The notes under the pieces: model-generated
The model's database searches: none
The model's input: the letters and a program-made list of their open reading frames with translations, nothing else
What the model was told of the DNA's origin: nothing
DNA from: Bugula neritina
Taxonomy: Eukaryota; Animalia; Bryozoa
Direction of reading: 5' to 3'
Assembly (NCBI GenBank): GCA_964035545.1
Contig: OZ037770.1
Coordinates: forward strand, 12,886,642-12,950,641
Length of the DNA: 64,000 nt
Position numbers and translations under genes: made by a program
Part shown: piece after piece, positions 45,201-57,100 of the stretch
How the letters are laid out: every line of letters begins with the position of its first letter
How positions within the stretch are numbered: the first letter of the stretch is position 1

Positions 45201-47377
45201 GCTGTCTACTATTCACAGGGTAACTACTGTTTGGAATCTGATGCTATGCTAGACATGGTGAAAGCTGAGTTTGATGTTATCCTGGCTCTGAGTGTATCCA
45301 AGTGGATTCATCTTAACAATGGTACGTACTATGTACTTACACTACATAGTGGTACGTACTATATACTTACACTACACAGTGGTACTATGTACTTACACTA
45401 CACAGTGGTACTATATACTTACACTACACAGTGGTACTATATACTTACACTACACAGTGGTACTATATACTTACACTACACAGTGGTACTATATACTTAC
45501 ACTACACAGTGGTACTATATACTTACACTACACAGTGGTACTATATACTTACACTACACAGTGGTATGTACTATATACTTACACTACACAGTGGTACGTA
45601 CTAGATAATTACACTACGCTGTACAATGATATGTACTGTATACGTATACTACACTATGTAACAGTATATACAGTATAGCTAACACTCACTTTCAAAAACA
45701 CACACCACACGCCCGTGTGCACTGAACAGTGTTGCATAACATACATATATCACGGTATGTATTACGTAATATAACATATATCATATAATATGACATATAT
45801 ATTGAGTAATACGACGTACAATATAAAGTATTACATAATACTCTACAGGTGACGAGGGTCTGAAGAGATGTTTCAGGAGAATGTATCTACAGCTGAGACC
45901 AGGTGGCGTGTTGCTTCTGGAGCCACAGATGTGGCCCTCATATAAGAAGAGGAAGAACCTGACTGTAAGTGTCACTATTGTCTCTAAACCATATGACACT
46001 TGCAGGTTCTCCGTCTTTTAGGGATGTATTCTTAAAGTCTCTCCCTTTACTGCTCACCTGCAGTTGAAAAATTGTCAGTAAATTTGACTTCAAAAATTTA
46101 TATTTAGAAGCATAGCTTAGGGGTCGAGAGCTCTTAGTGTTTTGTTGCTATTAATAAATCAATTTGACTACTCACCAATGTATTTTCAAATTGTGTCTTG
46201 CTTTTGAAGTACACTGAAATATTTTTTCAAATCAGAAAAGTGGTATTTTGCGTACAAATTGTGGAGTTGTCGTTTCTTAAGACACTGTATTTGAGAGTTG
46301 TGCTCTTTAGATTTCATTGGTATTACAATAAAGCATGCCTACCAGTGGGTCATGATTAACATTGTATGAGCTTTTAAATTGTGGTGCAGACAATTTTTCA
46401 AGGTATTTTGTTGAAACCAGTTTTATGGTAAATGATGAATCCAGTGTAACGCTGAAGTGATAGTATGCTGATATTGTTTTATTTTAGCCTCAAATAAAGA
46501 AGAACTTTGATCAGATAGAGTTTAGACCCGACCAGTTTAATGAGTATTTGTTGTCCAGTGAAGTGGGATTTACTACCTGCGAGAGACTCAATGTACAGGA
46601 ACACCAGTCCAGAGGTAAGACTAGAGTTATCTCATCCCTGTGGAAACATCTTGGTATCAGGCAGTATTTCTGGTTACGAAGGTTTTTAAGAGTCTGTGCC
46701 TCCTACCATGCTGACTGTGTGGCCTGGTGACTTTCTGTGACACAAGAGGAGTAGTTATGTTTTTCTTGGCTTTACCCCTGGTCTGGATTAGAACCCTTGA
46801 CCTTTAGCCCCTAGGCCATGCTTGCCCCTAGCTGATACTATTGTTGTAAATTTGGGTATTGAGGGTGTGTAGTTTAGTAGTATATAAAGGGTAGGTTGCT
46901 GAGTTGTGATGAACTAGGTTTATTAGGTACAACTACTAGCAATAGTAGTAATAGTAACACTAATTGTAATGGAGTAACACTGTGAAATCTAGATAATAAG
47001 TGTTGAAAACAAGAGCTATGCAAATATTATGTATAGGTGATGACTTTGATAATGACAAGGAAATGTGATTCAGTCTAGGTAGATAGCTAAGAGTAGTAAG
47101 ATAGTCAACTGGTTGACATTACAACAGCTGTATCTTTTTTAGACCATTCTGCTGGAATTCTCTACAATGTCATGTAATCAAATCAGGATGCATAAAAGGA
47201 TCGTGAAATTGTCATTTGCTAAGTTTTCACAATATTATATTTTCTATTTCACCAGATTCTTAGTAGCACATTATTTCATTTCGAGTCTTTTCTCTGACAC
47301 AACTATCTGCTGACTGGTGGTGTTTGTTTCCAGGATTTAGGCGCCCGCTGCTGATCTTCAGGAAGTCAGACAGGTGA
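39265..47377 (+). CDS. MEPCE: 7SK snRNA methylphosphate capping enzyme (Bin3 family methyltransferase)
   Basis: Exons 39265-39368, 39854-40152, 40844-40972, 42373-42483, 42573-42632, 42977-43258, 44131-44384, 45219-45321, 45849-45964, 46488-46614, 47334-47377. Motifs [88 protein letters not shown]. Confidence 0.96.
41727..41946 (-). mobile_element. Full-length tRNA(Thr-like)-derived SINE with 15 bp target-site duplication
   Basis: The minus strand begins GGAGCAGCCGTAGTCTAGGGGTTAGAGCGTTGGCCTAGTAAACACGAGGTCATGGGTTCGAGCC (A/B boxes, AGT anticodon-like loop). AATCTACCTCTAGAA occurs at 41712-41726 and 41947-41961. Confidence 0.88.
42664..42916. repeat. 11 bp minisatellite (CAGTGCTTGTA / CAGTGCCTGTG) in a MEPCE intron
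   Basis: Directly visible; generates the Cys-rich spurious ORFs. Confidence 0.92.
43370..43560 (+). mobile_element. tRNA-derived SINE copy
   Basis: GGAGCGGCCATGGTGTAGTGGTTAGAGCACTGGGCTAGTAA...AGAGCATTCAGTCAT...GGGGTTCTCACAGGGGTGGTGACTATAAAC. Confidence 0.8.
45322..45602. repeat. 26 bp minisatellite (TACTATATACTTACACTACACAGTGG, ~10 copies) starting at a MEPCE splice donor
   Basis: Directly visible. Confidence 0.95.
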
Positions 47378-48963
47378 TGTGGCATCTAGTGATAGGGTAC
47401 TGGTTCAATACCTTCTGGCAGCTACCTGGATGTAAGGGGAGATTATTCCTGAATGTGCATTCAGGTCTAGGACTAGACTCCGTTCCTGGACTACGATGAA
47501 CTTGCTCTGTTTACCTCGTTCCTGAAAGAGCTTTAAGTTCGAAGCCACATGTTTTGAAAAGTTCACAGATTCTGTTTTTTTTTTGTTATTTTGCCCTGCA
47601 AAGTTTTTTATTGCTAGGCCGTTGAGTAGTTTTAATGATATGTTTTGAGGTTCCTTCAATATGAAGTATGTTCCTAGATATTTCCAGAAAAGAAGTAGTA
47701 GGCCTACAAGCCACAATATTGTATTTTGATAAACTGGTCATTTTGATCTGCACCTGCGCTATTTCAAGATCTTGAAGGCATTAATTGTTTAATAAATAGT
47801 TCTATAAAAGTTTTCTACTCTTTGCTCTGTATTGAAATTATGGCATTCTATTGACCAATTCAGTTGTCTGACCCCTGCTCTCTTTTGTGGGATTTATAAA
47901 GTTGAAAATTCACAGTCTCGTTATTGTACATGGTTGGATAATTTCAAACAAAGAGCGCCAGGGTCGCGGATCTACAGTCAACTTGTCAAATGCATAAATT
48001 TCCTAGTGAACAAACAACCATACAGTGACCTCCAGCATTGGTTAAAATAATAATATAGCTGTTGGAATTTTCTCGCGCGCACATTTATTTTGACCTGCAT
48101 ATTAAAGCTTTGTGTTGCGTATGAATATACGGGTTAACCACGTGCGACACAACAAATAAACACTACCAGTCCAGTTCGCCATGGTGGTCATGAATATAAT
48201 GATTCATTAATATTAAAGCTACGCACAAAAGTCCTATGGACTGCGACTAACTAACAATTGAAGCTGTTTAAATGCTGACTGAATTCACTCTGGGGCTGGG
48301 CATTACCGTCGCGAGATAAGTATATTAAATTTAATTAGTTTTACTTTTAGTTCTAGTTGCTGTTGGTCATTCACTTTTTAAATTTAATAATTTACTATTT
48401 AAAATTGGTAGCAAATTGGAATTGTGAAACAACTGCAGGGATCAAAAATTCACAGACGGGAAAAAAATCCCTGTAACCCAGTACAATCTCTGAACCACAA
48501 AAAGCTCAAACCAGCAGGCTGTGAATTCTGTGATTATGCTCTTCTTTGGCTCCACTCTCTTATCACTTCAATCCAGTGGTTATTGTGCTCATAATGATAA
48601 TTCTTTGACTTCGTAATTTGTCACAAATACAGGCTGTGTTTGTTTGACTTTTATGCAACTGATTCGTAATGGGTTTTCGGTAAATCTAAAAGCAAGAGTA
48701 CCACTAAGAGTAAGAGTAACAAACTGCTAGTGTAAATCTATGGTGTCTTTCTTTTAATCTTATATTTATACTTATACTATTACTATAGACATATTAATTA
48801 AATTACAAATATTTACATTAGCCTAAAATCTAAATAATCATTAAAGTAATCATAAAATTTAATAATTCTATATTATTACTATTAGTTTATAAATATTAAA
48901 ATAATATCAATCTGTCCTGACGTTACAAAGACTAGGTCTATTACTAGTACTACTACTAGACTC

Positions 48964-49114
48964 TAGTAGTATTACTAGTAGTATTACTAGTAGTATTACT
49001 AGTAGTATTACTAGTAGTATTACTAGTAGTATTACTAGTAGTATTACTAGTAGTATTACTAGTAGTATTACTAGTAGTATTACTAGTAGTATTACTAGTA
49101 GTATTACTAGTAGT
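48964..49114. repeat. 12 bp tandem repeat (TAGTAGTATTAC)n
   Basis: Directly visible, near perfect. Confidence 0.96.
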
Positions 49115-49539
49115 AATCTGTAATGGTAATAGTCGAGTAATATTGAAGAGGGTGTTACATTTTCACCATATAGTTAATTTGCAAAATTTAATGGGTCAAT
49201 TTTGTGTCTCTGTTTGAGATGCTAAAGGTTAAGCTGGGAGCATATCTCAGTGACACTCTCTCATACCCTAAGTTTAGCAATTAATCTAACACTAACAGTC
49301 CTATTTTGTATGTTTTCTGCAGATTAACTGTCTTTTGCTGATGTTTGGGTCTACACAGTACCTGCATATTCTAGTAAAGGGCAGGACCAACTAGTTTAAG
49401 GCCAGTAACCAACTTTTTCAGGGCTTGGTGCAAAATGTACCAAGTCGCTCCGAAAATTTTTGAGACTATCTTTTTTAGTCTCATTTGTTGATCAACAATA
49501 ACTGAAGTAACTTTTTTTTTCCAATAATCGGTTATTTCA

Positions 49540-50400
49540 GTTTAGCTTTTCCTCATCGGCTTTGATTGATCTGCAATGTATTTTGTTGGAATTTTGGTGA
49601 AAACTTCAGTTGGGTGTTTGTAGCCACTGTTGAAGAGCATGTTCATGAAGATGGATCTAGACTGTTGAGTTATTGTTTCACTCAACCACATACATGTATG
49701 ATAATTTTTATTGAATTTTATGGGTAGGTTCAAAGTTGTTTATGTATTTAGTAGAGCTCTTTGATTTGGTGTTTCGTATGCAGCTTCCTCCATTTAGACA
49801 ACTCCGGGAAATAATTCGTCTATGGATGTCATTCGTGGAGCGTTAATTGTGAAGCTGTTTCATGTCGGTCCAGCTTTGCTTTTTTATCTGCAATCTCTTT
49901 GAACTTCAAGTCATATAGCTCCTGGTAAATCAACTTCTGATTGGCTACGACATTCAGGAAAAAACATCATATCGCTGAAGGTCATTCCTGGGGGTGGTGT
50001 AGCTTCAGCCAGCCTTGGTATTTTTCTGACTGTCTGTGAGGATAGGGCAGGACTACTACGACTGTCGGCTTTGTCTGTTCCCATAGCATCTGACCTCCTT
50101 CCCTTGGCAACAGAGGAAACCGCCCTCTTCGCGTACCTCTATTGCGTGACTCTGCTCATTGCAGAATCGACAAATGTCGGCGGAGCAGCTTTCAGCGAAA
50201 TGGCCCTTTTGGCCGCGGTTGTAGCACCTGTTGTGATGGCAATCTGCTAATGAATGATCTTTCATCACGCGGCATAAAAGGCAGCAGGTTGTCTGTCCTC
50301 TGTTTTTCAATCTGAAACCTTTTCTATTCTGGATTGCTCTTTCTTAAGCGTGTGTGGCTTCTTTCGTTGTCTTTGTTTTTGTACCAGGATGAACTGGTCT
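49540..50400 (-). mobile_element. Decayed retroelement relic with three tandem CCHC-type zinc knuckles (LINE ORF1/gag-like)
   Basis: CLLCRVMKDHSLADC, CYNRGQKGHFAESC and CRFCNEQSHAIEV in ORF 50056-50310; surrounding frames are broken. Confidence 0.6.
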
Positions 50401-51689
50401 CCTTTCTATGCATTGTCTCTCAGCTTTGAACACAATTATATTTATAATGTTACAGATAATTCTGGAGTTATCCATTCTTGATATGAGCTGAATGCAATGA
50501 ATTCCACAAATTATTTGCTGTTACACAATATAATAATTATACCATTCAAAATGGCAGCTGGAGCCATAGGCATGGAACTATAACTGCGATAAAACTAGTG
50601 TCAAGAGAAGATTATTCTGTAAGAGTGTTTTTAAATGCCACCTGCACAGTCAGTTTTATTATTTTTAAATTATGTAGATTTCAGTTTTGCTAACTAATAA
50701 AATTTATATTGAGTTAATAGTATACAACATTAAGTTGGTGTTATTCACACACTTGTGTCACATCATAATTTTAAGGCTTTGGGCTGATTTTTAAATTTGT
50801 CACCACTTATCTGCAGCTAGAGCAATAAACTTGCATTCATAGCTGTTTCTAGTTGAACATGGATGATTTTTGCTTGCATATTCTTTTCATCCATGAGCGT
50901 CTTTTTTACCTTCAGGGTTCGAGACTAGTAGTAATTAGTTCCCATTTAATTACTTTGAAAATGTATTATATCTATATTAAAGTAAATTGTGGTAAATATT
51001 ATAACTCTAGTCAAATAGTTGCTGGCCTTGTAAATTACGACAAAACTAATATTCTGTGAAAAAAAAATCTAGTATTTATATTTTCAATGTTGAGAAAATA
51101 ATCGTGATTATTTTTTCTAAAGTGACATTAAATAATTCTTCAGTGAACTATTCATAAACATTTGTCATCTAAATGTCAAATACTGTTGGCTTTCTAAAGG
51201 CACTAACTTTTATGTGACCTTCTAAAAGGTAAAATGATATAGAAGCATTCATGGTTATGTGTAGCCCAATGGGTAATAAAAATTTAAATCATTTTTATAT
51301 TCAAGCCATTTAAGCTTTCATTCAGGTAGTCATTTCTTGCATGTGATCATTAGTGTCAATTATCTAGACAATCGACCAATGAGACATGTTTCAAATGGCC
51401 TGTTAAATATGGATTATTCCAACTTATTTTTTCAGCCAACATCTACAGGGATTTTGAACACTTTTGCTTTTGTGAGTTTTTACCAATTTCATTTTTGTTC
51501 TAAAGCTTTTGAACAAATTGATATTTTATCTTTTCTTTATAGTAGAAAATTACACTGGCATATAAAATTTATCTTAGAATTACTTTAAAGTCATGTGTTT
51601 TGAATTTAAGGTTGTTTCAACATACCTATGCCGTTAGTAGTGTATGTATGGAAACATTTAGTTGATAGCAAAATAATTTTACAGATGAG

Positions 51690-52300
51690 TTGACTTTTAA
51701 TGGGCTATTCATTGTCGGCAATTCTTGAAAACATTTCTACTTGCCCCTCTCATCAATCACAGTCGAATTGCTGGTCTGATTAAGGATGTTTTTCCAACTC
51801 ACCATCAGTGGTTATAAGAAGTATAGGAATATGGTAGTGCATATCTATATTGTGAAGCACTCAACAAAAGTTGATCTTTGATGGATAGCGGCATACATGT
51901 CTCTGCTGGTATAAGTAGCTATGGAAAATGTTATTGTCATCAGTGACAGCTTGGACCACAACCATTGGATAACCTTTATGTCATGGTCAGCCTTATGTAA
52001 TTAGGGAGTAACTGGAATATGTGTACCATCTATCGCTTCAATACTTTGGCATATACTTGTCTCATGAGCGATAGCAGATGTCTTTTCATTGCTGTACCAT
52101 TTTATAGATAGTCCCTTTTTCTTACAGTGTCCTTTGCAAAAAGACATCTCTGATCATATGTTATACTGATCCCGAATACTTTTGCAGTACCCCTATACTC
52201 ACAGCCATTACCAAGTTTATAAGGGGCTACATTTTTTTCAAAATAGGACTTTGCATTCAGTGTATGGTAATGGCTACAAAAATACGGTCGATCATCAAAA
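51690..52300 (-). pseudogene. PIF/Harbinger (HARBI1-like DDE) transposase relic
   Basis: Manual minus-strand translation gives VAPYKLGNGCEYRGTAKVFGIS (~52230-52165), IEAIDGTHIPVTP (~52043-52005) and KGYPMVVVQAVTD, with stops and frameshifts. Confidence 0.78.
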
Positions 52301-52715
52301 TAGCTGTCTGTCGGTGCGACAATGACTGTTATAGAATGACACTCTTTACTATGATTACTTGCGTTAGAGTGACACTGTAGCTTATACAGCCTGACTAGGA
52401 ATAGGGAAGGTTTTCAGACGTGATCAGAGTTTACTTGAATCATCAACGTTTATCAAATACTGACCGTAAAACTAAAAGGCACTAACAATGTATATAATAA
52501 ATTATAAGTAGCAGCATGAAATAACAATTCAACATGGCATGTAACTACAGCCCATATTTTTGAAACTTTATAACATGAAAATGTAAGCACAATATATAAA
52601 TGTAAATAGAAGTTTATAACCTCTTTTCTCTCTCTCCTATTCTACTGTTACGTTCATGCTGTGACTTTGCACAGTCTTTCAAGGTAACTAATTACAGTAG
52701 TAAATTGCAATTACA

Positions 52716-52852
52716 AATAATGCTTTTCTTTGGTTGTCTTACATAAACTTAATAATGCTGCTCTTTGGTAGTCTTACATAAACTTAATAATGCTACTCTT
52801 TGGTAGTCTTACATAAACTTAATAATGCTACTCTTTGGTATTGTTACATAAC
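52716..52852. repeat. 35 bp tandem repeat (~4 copies)
   Basis: AATAATGCTACTCTTTGGTAGTCTTACATAAACTT at 52751, 52786 and 52821, plus a diverged first copy. Confidence 0.9.
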
Positions 52853-52899
52853 TCAAAAATGCTGTCTAGACTGACAACATGACACATCATCTCTTTTTG

Positions 52900-54145
52900 C
52901 TGCAGCCCCAACAGTTTCCATTCTCGTCGATGGATGTTCCATGCATTCACCACTGCCAGCATCAAGTGTGCCAAAACAGATACATGTACCATCTTTGAGA
53001 GCGCATCTTGAACTTGTATGCAGCTGCAAAGGAGTCCAGCAAGTCAATGCCACCCATGTTCCTGTTTTACTCTTCTACAATTGCTGGCATTAGAAACCTT
53101 TGGTCGCTTTGTCTTTTTTCACCCACCGTCTTGCTTCTGCTGTTGGCTCCAATTCCGTAAAAGATGAGAGAATGGTCACAGCTCGATTGTCATACCATAT
53201 AACAGAATTTATGTTATTGTTATCCTCTACTCTGTAATCCATGGAGCCTTGTTGGACCTTGGATATATTTTTTTCTTTGACAGAGGGTGAATCACAAAAA
53301 GCTTCCTCCCCTTTTTCCTTTACTTCATCCTCCTCCAAACTCTAACAAAAAACAGTTACTAAGTCAAAATAGACAGTAAATTTATGAAATTATAATAGAG
53401 ATTAAAAAGAAGTCTGATGAAAGAAGTTGTTTTATAAAAACTTTCTTATTAGCAATAGATATAACATATCTAATTAAAAAAATGAATAATTTAGTTGATT
53501 TACCATAGTGCAGTTTTGTGGCTCATAGTCTTCATCTGAGTCACTTTCTTCAGTGAAGCTGTCGACATCACTTTCATCACAGTTGATGATGTCTAGTACA
53601 TTGTTGGTAGTCAATCTAGGGCGAGCCATCTGTATATTTTGATTACTAAAAGAAAAATGGAAACTAAAACATTTAAACTGAACACTAATAAAAACACAAA
53701 ACAGATTGTTTAGCAAAATAGGAAAATGTGAAGGGTTACCGAGCTGTCTACTGCAAAAAATAGGTTTACAATATTATTCTACCTTAATGCTGAATGTTAT
53801 CCATATATTTTAGATTGCGTAATCTGTAGTGAATAAAACAAATAATCACAATGTTCAAAAACTTTCATGGTGTTGAGGTAGCTGTATATGGGCTGGATAT
53901 TGTATCAATTATTGCCTTAAAAGCCCAATGTAGCACCCGCGCTACACATGCTTTTCAAAGCCAAAAAAGCAGCTCCAAAATAAAGTTAAACTCTGAATAT
54001 TAAGTTAACATGTTGATTAACATCACTGTTTTTTAAATATATATAAAAACTTACTAGCTTCTTACCTTTTTTTGAAGAATATTAACTGAAATATCGAAGA
54101 GACGACCAAACTCCCATGTTTTGAATAAACAAAGAAAATTTGATA
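52900..54145 (-). pseudogene. piggyBac (PGBD-like) transposase relic, internally deleted, with intron-containing 5' region
   Basis: Acidic N-terminus MARPRLTTNNVLDIINCDESDVD...DEDYEP; GSMDYR...IWYDNRAVTILSS...EPTAEARRW; PAIVEE*NRNMGGIDLLDSFAAAYKFKMRSQRWYMYLFW. Palindrome TGTAGC-N6-GCTACA at 53929-53946. Confidence 0.85.
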
Positions 54146-57100
54146 GGCAAAAGCAATTTTAGTACAGTTTAGAAACCAGACATTTATTATTACAAAATTA
54201 CACAAAGGTCTCATTGATCTTCTCCATCTGACACGTAGACGGTGTGCTCTCAGTCAGCGTATTCTTCATCATCCTCCGTTGGTGGATACGCCGCTCGCAC
54301 CATACTATAAACACAAGATGGGAGAGCCTTTCTCTCCCCTCTACAGATTTCAGGGTATGTCCAGAAAACTAGGGCTCGATAGGCTAAAAGTCTTCTCTGT
54401 GCATTCAGCATTTGCTTTATTTTTTCTTTAGAAAGATGGCGTGACGGTTCTAAAAGTTCCTCCAGCCTCCTTGGTGGATTGTTGTGCCCAAGAACTTGAA
54501 TTTGGAACACTTAGGCAGGCTTTCTATAACCTGACTACCATAATTTTTCATCCCGATGTTTTCTTGGTCTCCAACTGCTGGCAAATGTTCTGTTTTTTTC
54601 GGCTTATCTTCAATCCCGCTGTCTCTATTTTTCTCTCTCCGAATCTCTAACCTCTCTAATAAAACACAAAAGAGATTGTTTAGCAAAATAGGAAAATGTG
54701 AAGGGTTGCCGAGCTGTCTACTGCAAAAAAATAGGTTTACAATAATTATTATTCTGCCTTAAAGCTGAATGTTATCCATATATTTTAGATTGCGTTATCT
54801 GTAGTGAATAAAACAAATAATCACAATGTTCAAAAACTTTCATGGTGTTGAGGTAACTGTATATGGGCTGGATATTGTATCAATTATTGCCTTAAAAGCC
54901 CAATGTAGCACCCGCACTACACATGCTTTTCAAAGCATAAAAAGCAGCTCCAAAATAAAGTTAAACTCTGAATACTAAGTTAACATGTTGATTACCATCA
55001 CTATTTTTTAAATATATAATAACTTACTAGCTTCTTACCTTTTTTTGAAGAATATTAACTGAAATATCGAAGAGACGACCAAACTCCCATGTTTTTTGAA
55101 TAAACAAAGAAAATTTGATTTAAAAGTGTTTACCTAAGAAGTAACTTGAGTGAAAGTTTGTTATTGAAGTTGATCAAGCAGTTGGTTGGCCAATTTAACA
55201 GAAGTAGGTCATATAATCAAATCTCATTGTTATATTTATACACAATGAATAGGCAAAAGCAATTTTAGTACAGTTTGAAAACCAGATTATTATTACAAAA
55301 TTACACAAAGGTCTCATTGATCTTCTCCATCTGACACGTAGACGGTGTGCTCTCAGTCAGCGTATTCTTCATCATCCTCCGTTGGTGGATACGCCGCTCG
55401 CACCATACCGTAAACACAAGATGGGAGAGTCCTTCTCTCCCCTCTACGGATGTCAGGGTATGTCCAGAAAACTAGGGCTCGATAGGCTAAAAGTCTTCTC
55501 TGTGCATTCAGCATTTGCTTTATTTTTTTTTTAGAAAGATGGCGTGGCGGTTCTAAAAGTTCCTCCAGCCTCCTTAATGGATTGTTGTGCCCAAGAACTT
55601 GAATTTGGAACACTTAGGCAGGCTTTCTAAACCTGACTACCATACTTTTTCATCCCGATGTTTTCTTGGTCTCCAACTGCTGGCAAATGTTCTGTTTTTT
55701 TCGGCTTATCTTCAATCCCGCTGTCTCTATTTTTCTCTCTCCGAATCTCTAACCTCTCTAATAAAACACAAAAGAGATTGTTTAGCAAAATAGAAAAATG
55801 TGAAGGGTTGCCGAGCTGTCTACTGCAAAAAAATAGGTTTACAATATTATTCTGCCTTAAAGCTGAATGTTATCCATATATTTTAGATTGCGTTATCTGT
55901 AGTGAATAAAACAAATGATCACAATGTTCAAAAACTTTCATGGTGTTGAGGTAACTGTATATGGGCTGGATATTGTATCAATTATTCCCTTAAAAGCCCA
56001 ATGTAGCACCCGCACTACACATGCTTTTCAAAGCCTAAAAAGCAGCTCCAAAATAAAGTTAAACTCTGAATACTAAGTTAACATGTTGATTACCATCACT
56101 ATTTTTTAAATATATAATAACTTACTAGCTTCTTACCTTTTTTTGAAGAATATTAACTGAAATATCGAAGAGACGACCAAACTCCCATGTTTTTTGAATA
56201 AACCAAAAAAATTTGATAGGCAAAAGCAATTTTAGTACAGTTTAGAAACCAGACATTTATTATTACAAAATTACACAAAGGTCTCATTGATCTTCTCCAT
56301 CTGACACGTAGACGGTGTGCTCTCAGTCAGCGTATTCTTCATCATCCTCCGTTGGTGGATACGCCGCTCGCACCATACTATAAACACAAGATGGGAGAGC
56401 CTTTCTCTCCCCTCTACAGATTTCAGGGTATGTCCAGAAAACTAGGGCTCGATAGGCTAAAAGTCTTCTCTGTGCATTCAGCATTTGCTTTATTTTTTCT
56501 TTAGAAAGATGGCGTGACGGTTCTAAAAGTTCCTCCAGCCTCCTTGGTGGATTGTTGTGCCCAAGAACTTGAATTTGGAACACTTAGGCAGGCTTTCTAT
56601 AACCTGACTACCATAATTTTTCATCCCGATGTTTTCTTGGTCTCCAACTGCTGGCAAATGTTCTGTTTTTTTCGGCTTATCTTCAATCCCGCTGTCTCTA
56701 TTTTTCTCTCTCCGAATCTCTAACCTCTCTAATAAAACACAAAAGAGATTGTTTAGCAAAATAGGAAAATGTGAAGGGTTGCCGAGCTGTCTACTGCAAA
56801 AAAATAGGTTTACAATAATTATTATTCTGCCTTAAAGCTGAATGTTATCCATATATTTTAGATTGCGTTATCTGTAGTGAATAAAACAAATAATCACAAT
56901 GTTCAAAAACTTTCATGGTGTTGAGGTAACTGTATATGGGCTGGATATTGTATCAATTATTGCCTTAAAAGCCCAATGTAGCACCCGCACTACACATGCT
57001 TTTCAAAGCCTAAAAAGCAGCTCCAAAATAAAGTTAAACTCTGAATACTAAGTTAACATGTTGATTACCATCACTATTTTTTAAATATATAATAACTTAC

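Noticed and set aside
45322-45602. CRISPR-like appearance of the 26 bp repeats (also the 35 bp repeats at 52716)
   Set aside because: Head-to-tail repeats without unique spacers, eukaryotic context, no cas genes.
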